64,000 nt of DNA from Tubulanus polymorphus (Eukaryota > Animalia > Nemertea): assembly GCF_964204645.1 (NCBI RefSeq), contig NC_134032.1:12140275-12204274 (forward strand), in the 5' to 3' direction. This document shows, piece after piece, positions 37,700-49,462 of the stretch. A model generated the notes under the pieces. The model ran no database searches and was not told the DNA's origin. It worked only from the letters and a program-made list of their open reading frames with translations. Each line of letters begins with the position of its first letter. Positions within the stretch are counted from its first letter, which is position 1. A program made the position numbers and the translations under genes.

Positions 37700-40475
37700 C
37701 AAATGAAGATTATAGCTAATCACGGTACTAATGACAGCGATACACTGCGATGCCGTGTACTTGCTAAGTCCATCACCAATTTATACACGGCCATGCGGCG
37801 TAGACGCTCTAAAATAATGGCGCAATAGACGTCTGCAGCCCTGTTCGAAGATATTGAATTCGAACTACGGTAATTATGTTTAAATTAAGTTTATCTGTTT
37901 TATAGCAAGATGAAGGTGAATTTAAAATCTGCCATCAACATCACTCAGGTATCAGTCCGATATTCCGAGATACGGTCTACATCTTTGTATCGAGAGTTTA
38001 CACGCTTGATTTTCCGTATTTAAAGGTTGTCGCTCGAAACTTGATCGAGCGTAAGGCTATCGGTTCAATGGTGAACGTTTCCAGTATTTTTTCAACTCGA
38101 AATCTGAACAACGATATGGATTCTTACTCGATGTGTAAAGCGGCCTTGGATGCGATGACGCGCAGCGCAGCCGTACAATTCGGACCCCACGGGGTATGTA
38201 AGGTATTGGTGTACGTTGAGTTGGCCAACAGGCCAGGGGCTGATTCTTGACCGCGCGTAAATACCCATGCTAAAACTGCCGGAAAGTAAGTTTGTCTTTG
38301 AGACAAAAAATGACTGAAGACTGAGTTTTGTAATAAGTCCCAACTATGGAACCAGGGTACAGTTGTAAAGTCATGGCTTAGATATCAGATAGGTTCAAGA
38401 CCATCTTAGTTGTTCTATAACTAACCTGAAAACTAAAGACAGACCAGTCTAAAGATTTTGAGACTAAGTCACGACTGTGCAGCATTTAAAGGTGGGTCTT
38501 TGGTCCCTTTCAACAAGTCTAATTACAGACTAAGTTATTTTTGTTATTCGTACAGATAAGAGTCAACTCCGTCAACCCGTGCGTGACTAAGACTAAGATA
38601 ATTATGGAATACATTCGTGGAGGCCCACCAGAATTTCAGAAAGCAATCGATGGTCAGATAGATAGAATCCCTCTAGGCAAACTGCCAGGTGGGTTTACAA
38701 CGCCACTAACCAAAATATAACTTCGAAGATTTTAGGGGGTTTGTTTTTACCCCTGAACCTAACCGAGTTGAGAACCAATTTCATAACCTCACTGGGTACA
38801 AAAGAGTCTCTATGGCAATTCTTTTTATCGAAGTATATTGATTTTTTTATTCAGAGGAACAGGACGTGGTTGATACGATTGTGTATTTGTTAAGCGACCG
38901 ATCTAAGATGGTTAACGGACAGTGTATCTACGTCGATGGAGGCTTGACAGTCAGTTAATAAAATACCAACAGATTCAGCAGAGGTTTTACTACGATGAAA
39001 TTCAAGCGAAACTTGTTTCTTAAGTCACTGTAGTTCTGATAATCATTATGTTGACAATTTTTCCAAATGACCTAAGTCAAATGAATTGAAAATACAAATT
39101 GAAACAAGGGGACTTAAGTGAGTTTGACTGAATTCATCTTCATGGTCAGAAGTAAACCTCCGATAAACCAACCATCTCGTGTTTTGCAGAATAGAAGTAA
39201 TGGTTGTTGAATCTACATTTGGGGTAAATATGGACTAATTCCGTTGATAGTAAGATATTGCATATTGGGGACTGTGCACGAAAACTATTTAATTGTTTCG
39301 TGTTCGTGGCTTATTTTGTAATCTATAATAAAGTAAAACTTCAGTCTTATTCCGGTGGTCATTTTCCAGTCGAAAAATGTAAAGTGCTCGCTCTGAGCAG
39401 CTTCACTGGATTTAGCGCTATATAAGACACATATTAACATTATCATTAATTATTACTATGGAAGTGATTTGAAATGCTCGACAATCTGAACTAATTTCAA
39501 ATATAAGCGCGAACAGTGGAACTGGGTTCGGTGCGTCAAATTTCATTCTCACGCCGGATTTAGTCAAACGCTTACATGATATCCTGTGGGCTGGCTGCTG
39601 ATTGGTCGTTGCTGTTTGATTTACCGGTGGACGACGTCGAATTCAACCAAACGTACGGATTTTTACCACCAGACGCCTGATTCCTGAACACATTTTGACT
39701 GCTCTGATTAAAACCTGTTCAATTCACGAATGAAAGGAAAAGAAAATTGAGAAATTTAAGCCGCAATAAAAGGACTGACTAATGACAGGGTCTAACTGCA
39801 GTTTAAGTCACCTTTCCAGTGTGTGGTGCTAGTGTCATTGATTTAAGGAAAGTGTCATGCTTATAGACACCAGTATATAACCATGGCATATAGGGGCACC
39901 TGTCGCACCCAGCATACCATTGGATCATTGATATTTTCAAACAGGTTTGGATGTTCAACCGTCTAAGTCGTAAGACTCATTGGGGCACATTTATCTATCA
40001 TCAACTTAACAGAAGCCATGCCCAAACCAAGGGAGTCACGAAAATCATAAATACCATCCAATGGCCAACTAAACGAACCAGAGTAACGTAACGAAATTTA
40101 ATTAACGCCGCGGCTACGGTTACAGGAATCCGTAAACCAGAGTGCAATAGCTGCGGATACGGGAGTCAGTTAGCACATGCGCAATATACAGTACAACAGT
40201 ATTCTGGCTTGGATTCGAACCCAAAGAAAAAATTGTCTATCGGTGAACCAGCGCTTTACCCACTGCGCCACAGCACACACCTAGAAGCCTTGACGTAACC
40301 GACTCCCGCGTAGACAGGTACTGGTACTGTCTGTACTGTAGATAGAGAGAGTAGAGAGAGTAGAGACAAGTTTGTTTAGGCCTAATTAACTACCTTTATT
40401 TTGAGAAGGATGCTCGTGCCAGCATTTATCACCGAATCGACATCTTCCTTGCGTCCAGAACTTACAAACGACCAT
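33457..40475 (-). CDS. NUP42: Nucleoporin NUP42 (NUPL2/hCG1) homologue
   Basis: Exons 40394-40475 ([27 protein letters not shown] zinc finger), 39576-39714, 35052-35226 (WPFSCY...[12 protein letters not shown]), 34849-34941, 34691-34731, 33457-34231 (FG repeats and C-terminal YTPLSELT...[15 protein letters not shown]1-binding-type motif). Intron phases are all consistent. Confidence 0.92.
36087..38958 (+). CDS. DCXR: L-xylulose reductase (DCXR)-like short-chain dehydrogenase/reductase
   Basis: Exons 36087-36138, 36749-36846, 36924-37081, 37906-37948, 38026-38193, 38556-38688, 38855-38958. Motifs: [29 protein letters not shown] (YxxxK), [12 protein letters not shown]. Confidence 0.85.
36230..36666 (+). 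mobile_element. 3' fragment of the LINE family also present at 40.9-44.0 kb
   Basis: tgccccacttgtaatactttaggtgacgaa...catggaaatggttggagtgtaaataaa followed by (AATCGT)n. It matches the reverse complement of ~40860-41290. Confidence 0.8.
37250..37699 (+). mobile_element. L2/CR1-group LINE 3' end with (ATT)n tail
   Basis: Translates to APYYLQSLL...RSSSQLLL...[17 protein letters not shown]...LKTHLF, typical of the C-terminus of L2/Crack-type ORF2. An (ATT)n microsatellite tail follows at 37653-37699. Confidence 0.75.
40050..40272 (-). mobile_element. tRNA-derived SINE-like element in NUP42 intron 1
   Basis: The minus strand reads TGTGGCGCAGTGGGTAAAGCGCTGG (A box)...GGGTTCGAATCC (B box) but does not fold into a full cloverleaf. 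The 3' boundary is approximate. Confidence 0.5.
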
Positions 40476-40857
40476 TTTCTCTCCAACTGTCACAGCTGAA
40501 AAATTGAAATAAATCGTGCGAAATGTTCTACCAATTAGGTTCGCATTCAAATCATCATGGGCGCGGCCATCTTCCCATTATAAGATCGCTTGCTGCAGTA
40601 GGAATACGGACCGGGTGTGAAATTCTAACCGTCAAGTGCTGCCTCTATACAAATCATTGGCGGTGCAAACGTGAACTAACTTATCTAGGAAAACTTTTCC
40701 TAATCCATGTTAGCACTATGAACTGAGAAAAATGCAAACGATTCGATAAAAATTTTACAAAATTACCACCAAACAAACATACTTAGGTTTTATTATGAAT
40801 AAACTTTATTGAATATTACTCGTTTGCCAGAGTAAGCATACATTTCTGTAACAAATT

Positions 40858-43800
40858 ATACGAATACGAATACGAATACGAATACGAATATTTATTACAC
40901 TCCAACCATTCCCATGGTACATGGAGGAAAAACAGTATTTACAATTATTTACAAAAACAGTTGATAAAAGCACTTTGGAACATAACAAACGTTATTTACA
41001 ACATACTATTTATACACACTACCGGAGGGATCTATATACATCCAGACCTAATTTGATAAATTTAGCAAGTTTAAAAGTTGGATTTTTTAAAACATCAAGA
41101 TTCCGAAAGGTATTTGAATTTAGGTAGCTTTCACGGAATACGGTAAGTAATTTACAGTCAAAAATGAAATGTAGTTCGTCGCCTAAAACGTTACAGGTGG
41201 GGCATAATCTATCGGTTCTCGGTAGATGGAGATTTGACAATTTATTTACAGGTATAGGAGATAAGACCCAATCCTGTACAGGAATAAACTGGTCACTAAG
41301 TCGTCATCAAGCCGATTTATATAGTTTTCAAATTTGATATCCTTCTTATATTGTCTAAAATTAATGTATAACGGATTATTATTTAGCCTAAATTCTGTCT
41401 CTTGCACATGCTGATCACGGAGTATACGGTGTAATTGTTATGGAGAAGTCCTAGAGTTTACCATAGATTGTTGTGTCCAGATATACGAAAGGCCACAGAC
41501 ATCAAAAGTCTTCTTAATAAATAACAGCCAGGGGCTCTTAAACCTATCATTCAGATATAAATTATAAGATATCTTATAGAGAATTGAACTAAGTTTACTT
41601 TGTTTGCACTGAATCGTTTTGACCCAAAAATTAATCATTCTACGCTTTACGCTTATATACATAGGATAACGTCCTAACTCCGCTAATACTTGAAGGTTAT
41701 GGGAATATTTTGTAACTTTCATGATAATTTTACAAAATAAACAGTGGAAGTTTTCTAATAAGTCAAGGTTTTCATATCCCCAGATTTCGCAACCGTACAA
41801 CGCGATAGGAGCGACACACATGTCAAATAGTTAAAACATTACATCTACTGGAAGTTTCAAACGTCTGCCCTTATGAATAATAGAATACATAGCTTTCATA
41901 GCTTTATCATAGAGAATCTTTTTTGCTTTAGCGAAACTACCGTTCCAATTGAATTTCACTCCGAGATACACATAATCCTCAACTATCTCTAACTCCTGAT
42001 TACCGAACATGAATTTCGAAATACGCTTAATCCTACTTTTACTTCGAGCGAAGACTAATATTTTAGTTTTATCAACATTCACCGTGAGGCCGTTGTCGGC
42101 GCAATATTCAAATAATGTATCTAAATGTGACTGGAGAGATTCCTCATCTTCAGCAAGAATGACTGTGTCATCCGCATAAAGGATAATGAATAAGCTAAGT
42201 AAAGTCCCTAGTTCTGGGTCACAATTCACATTAAGCTTTTCAATATACGACAAAGTTGGTTTACCGCGCGTAGCAAAAAAGTCTTCAATATCGTTTAAGA
42301 ATAAGGACAATAGGATAAGTGATAAATTTTCACCTTGTCTTAAACCTCTATCAGCAGCAAAATACTGTGATGTGTTTCCGTTAAATTTAACACATGATTT
42401 CACCGAATTATAGATATTTTTAACTACGTTCAAAAAATTCCCCGTAATGCTACTCTCTATCAATTTTCTCCATAATGTAACCCGGCAAACCGAGTCGAAA
42501 GCCTTCTTAAAATCTACAAAGGCGCAAAAAAGTCTTCTTCCTTGGTACAATTCGACGATTGTTTTCAACGCGTAAATATGGTCAGTAGTAGAATATTTTG
42601 GTCTAAATCCGGCCTGTGCTTCACTAATTATATTGTTTGAATCGAGAAAAGTTGACAGCCTTTGGTTAAGGATACTTGTGAATAATTTACCAAGACAGCT
42701 AACTAGTGTTATACCTCTATAATTATCAGGATTAGTGGGATCGCCTTTCTTTTTAAAAACAGGTTTAATTATCCCTATAGACCACGTCTCCGGAACATGT
42801 CCAGTCTTAAGAACTAAATCAAATAGGTTTCGTAATATATTAACTAAGCACGGATACCGACTAAATTTTAATAACTCATTAGTGATTCCATCTATACCAG
42901 GTGCCTTATTGTTCTTAAGCAATGAGATAGCTTTCATTACTTCATCAGCTGTTATGTCGCAGTTTAAAATATGGTTGTCATATACAGGAGGATCATCATT
43001 CTGTTGTTCAATATTATCGTTCCCTTCGTTTACACCATTTAAGTCATTTAATTGCATAAAGTGTTCAAGAAAAATATCAATATCAATATTAGCGTCCTTA
43101 GTTTTTGCATAAGTTGCAGAATTAAGCATAGCCCAATACTTTTTCGGGTTATTGACTTCACAATCTCGTAGTTCTTTAAAAGTTTCCTTCTGTTTCCTCT
43201 TACTTTCCCGGATGATTTTTTTATATTTCTTTGACGGGTTCTTGAAAGCTTCAAAGTTAGAAGGGGTGGGGCAACCTCTATATCTGTTTTTATAAAAATT
43301 ATAATCTTTACGTGCATCCCTACAGCTACGATTGAACCACTTGTTATGAACCGGGCTTCTACTTCTTCTATTTTTCCTATTGAGCACCAAGTTACATTCT
43401 TCGGCACTTAACAACAGGGAAGATACAAATCTATCAGTGAGTTCGTTTACTTTGTTTAGAGACTGACTACCTAGGTCCTGCAATCCATCCATAAGTGAAT
43501 CATTGAGGCCAATGTCATATAATCTTGATTCTACCGTCGCGAAAAACTGATCCGATCTACTATTGTCCCATCTAATTGATGGCTTTCCATTTACCTGCTC
43601 ATTGTTAGCATTATCAGCAATAATAGTGTCCCTAGAATTTCTGCTTAAACAAAGCCTAAGAGAGTTATGTCCATCAGACAATAGCGGTTCAAAAGGCATT
43701 ATCTGAAAATCGCAAACATATTCAAACTGGACAATATCGCATACAAAGTAATCAATAACACTAGTTCCCTTAAAAGTATAATCACCAGACTGGTCCCTGC

Positions 43801-43990
43801 CACATCTGCCATTGAGTATAATTAATGAATGATTCTTTACAGAAATCAATTAACTGATAGCCTGTGTTATTCGTTCTTTTGTCCTGATTATTTCTTACAG
43901 TCGGAATGTCTAAGCTAAATAAAAGCTGTGAATCAACAGTGGGGTGTAAATTATCGTCTATTATCTGATTATCAGGCTCTACAAATTTCA
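40858..43990 (-). mobile_element. 5'-truncated, inactivated non-LTR retrotransposon (LINE, CR1/L2-group-like)
   Basis: 672-aa ORF 41831-43849 carries the end of an APE endonuclease (SVIDYF, SDGH) and RT motifs (KAPGIDG, YRGITL, QAGFR, FVDFKKAFD, GLRQG, YADD, YLG). It continues past a stop/frameshifts (41438-41821, 41019-41240 with CPTC...HFIFDC) to an (ATTCGT)n tail at ~40858-40890. Confidence 0.93.
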
Positions 43991-44172
43991 ACCGTCAAGT
44001 GCTGCCCCTCTACAAATGATTGGCGGAGAATACGTGAACTAGAATAGTTCTATGGTAATACTTCTATGCTCGGAAGATGCGGGCCATTCACATAACGCAA
44101 GCATTTCACAACCATAACACGATACACAACCGAGCTCAAGATTCTGAATTGTCCCCGTAAACGTGTCTCAGA

Positions 44173-47100
44173 ATGGCTTTAAATCGTATTAAACACCCTG
44201 ATGATATGGAAATTTGCCCGTACGATCCTTCTCACCAAGAGATTCGAGTGAGGAGATTACCGTATCATTTAATGAAATGTCGACGGGTAAGTATTTTTTA
44301 TCACGAAGAATATTTCATTAGAATAGTTCAAATCATTTATTTATCGTGAAACATTTATCATAGTTATGAGATTGAGCTAAATTTGTAATCAATTGTTTAG
44401 GTCGTGAGACGGTGCATTTGTAATAATTCCTAAATCATCACTCTCATCGCTTTATTATTAGGCCTAACCTCATTCTTCTTTCTTTGTCTTTTCTATTCTC
44501 CACTTTTGAGGCCTATGCATAAAAATGCTCATATAGGCCTACTTGCTAAACCCAAGACAACCATCAATATAATTAGGCTGGGGGTAAATAAATGGTATAG
44601 GATCATCCAGTTGGCCGATTTCTTTTAAGTAGAGCTTCCTGGGATACTGGATGATTAACCTCAACCTCTAAGTACAAGTCCCTGTGTAAGATAGCCAAAT
44701 AATTGTCCTAATCCTGTGCTCAGCCTTTGCTTTTACATCTGATGGGCATGATTAGGCAATGAGGTTAATTAGCTTAGGATAGAGTTAACAAAAAACCTTG
44801 ATTTGAGCGAAGTATAGAATTTGTTGTTATTCCGAGATATGAAGTATTTTTTTAATGTTGTTTATGTATATAGAGCTACTGTATTTTGTTTATTTACAGA
44901 ATCATGCCGGCCTGGAGTACGAGACGTGTCCATTCAACGCTCGTCACGAGTTTCCGGCACCTGAGAAACGCTATCACATCGCTAACTGCCCGGATAAAGC
45001 GATTTTAGAACTGCAGATCGCTCATGAATGTTCCCGTGAAGGCGGTACTATGTATAAAGGATGTACCGATATGCCGGTATCTGATTGGGTGCCCCCGGAG
45101 CCGTTCGAGGATTGGGATGCTGGTTAGTATTTACATCGATTGAGTCTAGAATCGAACAAAATATGGTGTAAGCTTGTAATGTTGAAATGAAAACTTGTAA
45201 AATTAGTTCATTTTTCCAGGACGGCTGGATTCACTTAAATTATTGAGATATACTGAACTAATAGCGTACAAGCTTAAATGACCTCTCACATTAATTGCAC
45301 GTCATGACCAAAGGTAGCACAATGGATGATTACCAGTTCTTGTTATCCAAAGCACAATAAAATCTAGATGTTCTGCCTTGGTGTTCTCCATGCCTCATGA
45401 ATATCACAGTTTCATAGCATCCTCGCTTGCCAGGGTTTTGATTGCCTCCAGCCGAAGCCCGCACAAACTCAAACCCTGGAATTGAACCATAAGAATGTCA
45501 TGGATTGGAATTAGATAGGTCATGGAAGCTATGAACCGTCCATGCTATTGATTATTGTAGAGGCAGCCCCGATCTCTATGGTAACTGTTTTATTGATTAT
45601 TGTAGAGGCAGCCCCGATCTCTATGGTAACTGTTTTATTGATTATTGTAGAGGCAGCACTGATCACCATAGTAACTGTGTGTTATTGATTATTGTGAAGG
45701 CAGCACCGATCTCTATAGAAACTGTGTTTTATTGATTGTTGAAGAGGCAGCACTGATCACCATAGTAACTGAGTTATTGATTATTGTAGAGGCAGCACCG
45801 ATCTCTATGGTAACTGTGTGTTATTGATTATTGTAGAGGCAGCACCGATCGCCCGAATCGGAATCGACGAACGATTATTAGACATCGATCCAAATATGCC
45901 TCGATTCAAGGACACGACCGGAATGACGCCAGCCGAGAAAAAAGAGTTCAAGCGACGGTTGCTTTTGATCGCGGAAAGAAGGGGAAAAGGTTTTGAATTT
46001 GAATCATTCAGTCCCTCCTATCGTTTTATCATCGAGATTGATGTAATTTTGAAAAATGTTTTTCTTCAGGGGAATGCATCGACGATATCGATTTGGACGT
46101 CGTCAAGCACCCCATCGCCGTGACAACTGCTTCGCGTCTGCCTAAAACTAAACCTCGCGTTATCGCGGCTAAGGTAAATGTTTCGCCTTCCAAAATGCTT
46201 TCTTAGCCCCTTCTAATCTTTACGAAGTCGAATTTAGGCGACTGACTAAGTAATAGCTTGCTGCTTCAGGCTTGATGGAAGATTGTTTTCCCCTCGGGCC
46301 GGAACTGAAATCTATTTCCAATTGCTTCATTTATGTACAGTGTACTGAATTAACATGCCCCGCTTGTAAAGGACAAGAAAAGAAATCTATTGCATTTTTC
46401 GGTGAAAATTCAAACTACGAGAGTCGGTTATATATGCAGATGAATGATAGTGATTATGGTAATGTTTTTTAGGAGCAGTTGTATGAAGCTCGTAATGTTG
46501 CCGGTGTTGGACGTGGAATTCAACAAATAGGTTTGTACTTATTACAACCCCCCCCCCTCTATCTCTCAAATCCCCCACTCTCTCCATCGTGATCTATCTA
46601 TCAACAATCGGTTATTTGGGATATCCTCGTGCTTTCATTGTAGCCCAAAAATCGAGAAACGTCGCTAATTTCGACCTGGATGGTTTCGGCCGTGGGGGAG
46701 CGTCGACTCAGAAAATGAAGCCTCCGTCGTTCGCGATGATCGGAATCAATAATCTGACGTTGCTTAGTTTCGGTCGTGGGATCGGGCGTGGAATCTCATC
46801 TGCCAGACGTGAGTACTACGAATTCAAAATCTTATCCATTTTCTGCGCGTTGTGCCCATAATGCCTTGGATATACGTGTTTGCCTAATTGTTTCAGGTGA
46901 ACAGCAACCTCGAATAATCCCGCAACAGCCTGGGGTAATGTGGGCTCAAACTGGTCAACAGCCTGATGAACAGCTTGACAGTGATAGAGGCAATATAAGT
47001 GACCTTCAACAGGAGGTAAGTACCCATTCCGGGTGCCACTGACCTGGAAAGCTCAGGGAAGCAGAAAACTCTGGGAATTTGACAAATTTTGCAAAAGAAA

Positions 47101-47524
47101 AAATTACGAATTTGGATAATGCTGTTGACAAAGAGTTTCTTAGTCGATACGTGATTCAATGAAAAATGAATAAATTGTAACATTTTAAACTAAGAAATTT
47201 CTTGGGATTCACTCTGGTGTGCTATAATGCGGAAAAGGGGAATTTGTAAATTTTATTAAGTGGCCACCCTCTAACAGGTTTTGAAATTTTGGATTCTGTC
47301 TAACCATAGTGAAACTGTTTTCAATATTTCAGGTTTCACGCGACGATGATTCGATGAGTCGCGAAATCAGAAACATCAACGCTGAACTTCATTCAATCGC
47401 GAAACTAGAAGCGCAAGTCAAACGCGGTGAAATGTTGAATTCGGAAGAGTTGCGGAAACTGGAACTTCGAGTTGATTATGAGATGCGTCTCGAAGAGTTG
47501 AATATGAAACTCACCGAATCGTAA
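44173..47524 (+). CDS. GTSF1: Gametocyte-specific factor 1 (GTSF1/Asterix) homologue with extended C-terminus
   Basis: Exons 44173-44286 (CPYDPSH...HLMKC), 44900-45122 (CPFNARH...HIANCPDK), 45837-45989, 46070-46173, 46473-46530, 46644-46808, 46897-47015, 47333-47524. Two CHHC zinc fingers, EDWD acidic/Trp motif, GRG repeats; phases consistent. Confidence 0.85.
45545..45850. repeat. Tandem ~44-bp repeat, 7 copies, spanning the GTSF1 exon-3 acceptor
   Basis: ttattgattattgtagaggcagcaccgatctctatggtaactgt units; the last unit runs into the coding exon. Confidence 0.88.
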
Positions 47525-49462
47525 TCGCTTCAAACATTAGTATCATGAAACGGCGCACAGTTCATAAAACCTCAAATTACTTGGGTGGGGGAGGTTGAAA
47601 CCTTGAGATGCCAGGGTGGGTAGGGGGTTATACCTTGAAGCCGTGGGGTTGGGTTTTAACCTCTAAATAAAAGTTATTGCGATGGTAGGGAGCGAGGCTT
47701 ATGAACTGTGTGGTCAGAGTAATAGTAGTAGGATTTCAAAGTACACAATGTAATGTGTTCTTGTTGAGAATTGAGGTGAATGATAGATACCTCGTACAGT
47801 GTAAATATGACTCATTTTTAAAAAGCAATAAAATTTCAAATTTCTGTTCATTTTGACTTGTGAAGTTTTTATTTGAATGAAGGAAATTTATGTCGGTATT
47901 TGATAAAACACTGAGGATATGCAATGGAATTCGGTGAAAGGACTAAGTACGAGCATGTTCAGTTCAATTTAATTTCAAGACATTAACAACGTGACCTTTT
48001 GTCGTAAATGCCAGACTGGTTACTGGAAAATACCGAAATATTATCAACCGACCCCGCACGATGCTAGTCAAGGAAGACGTAATGTTCACAGCCCCGTTCT
48101 GTATTTCAAATATATTTGGCTTGTACAGGGGTAGGCTAATGTCGAGGACTTGTCACATCCTAAAAGAGCATTTTGATGTCAAAAAGGCAGAGGGTCTAAA
48201 GAATTTGTCACATTTCAAAAGGCTCTATCATGGGAATCCCGCACCCTGAAATGCAATAATTTGTTTGTTGTCGAAATAAAAAACGCATTCGATTTAATCG
48301 GTAACGGTACACAAGTCTTGCAACCCGGTTTGGTTTCCCCTGCAGGCCTTGATCTTTTGCTAAGTGAAGTATGAAAAAAACAGTTACGCAATTAGCGGGA
48401 ACCTTACGTAACCGTCATGGCGACCGCTGTGATATCTATTGCAGAGCACGCAATCTGATGATGTTACGCGATTACGTAACTGCATCAGATCAGGCTGTTC
48501 TGACGCAGTTACGTAATCTGATGGTGTGTGATCCAGCTACGAGCAATTAATTATTGCTCATAGGATCCAGCAACCCAATCGATGTCGGTCGGCTTCCTCT
48601 GGGTTACTGCGCTGTCGTCAACGTGAATGTCTGTTTTTCATTATCCCCATTCTAGTCATGCATAGCAATTCCACGTTTGTTCACCACCGCGCGGCGTCCT
48701 CACATAACTGAGGTTTTTGTTGAATTCAAAGACATCCCAGGATCCCTCCCGCTCTCTTGGCCAGCCCGTCAAAACACATTACAATGCGCTGTTATGTTTC
48801 AGCTTGCGCGTTAATACATTTATGAATTCCCCGGCCGATTTTAAGTCTCGAAAAGTTTACTCTAAATTACAAAAATTAGAGTAAAGTATTAGAGTAATTA
48901 GACTAAATGTGTCAGAATTAAGATAAACAGAACAAGCAGTAAATGAAAAACACAGTAGAAACCGTAGAAACCACAGAATTTTATAAACTGTTCAAAATGA
49001 AAATCAGAATCAGATGCCCCGATGTTAGATGCCCCTCCTTACCCTATCCCAAAAGAGCACAACAATAGCCGCGATCATACGAGCGTTTTTGGCCCAGAAC
49101 AACTGTTCACATGGATACCAATTGGGCCCGTGCTTGGCGGCCCAACCAAAAACATCGGACCAGGCGCGCTCCAAATTTTCATTTTTCTTGCCTTTTTCAA
49201 TTATGCATTATTCAATTTCTTGTCGAATTTCGCGAAAGCAGCGACAATTTCGATATTTGACATTTGAATTCCGATATTTGAAAATATGGGCCTGATCCTC
49301 CAGTGGCGAGACGCCATGTCATTATATACAACTTGCACATTTTTGATACTCATCCTTTCATAAACTGCGACTTAATGGATGTACGTAAATCTATGGCTAC
49401 TTTGTTTGAGGGTTTCTCTTTTTTCTTGGACCCCACCTTGCAATATTTCTGGATCCGGCCTT

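Noticed and set aside
37637-37828. Poly-Tyr ORF
   Set aside because: Translation of the (ATT)n tail of a LINE fragment.
40205-40272. tRNA gene
   Set aside because: A and B boxes are present but there is no acceptor or anticodon stem; treated as a SINE head.
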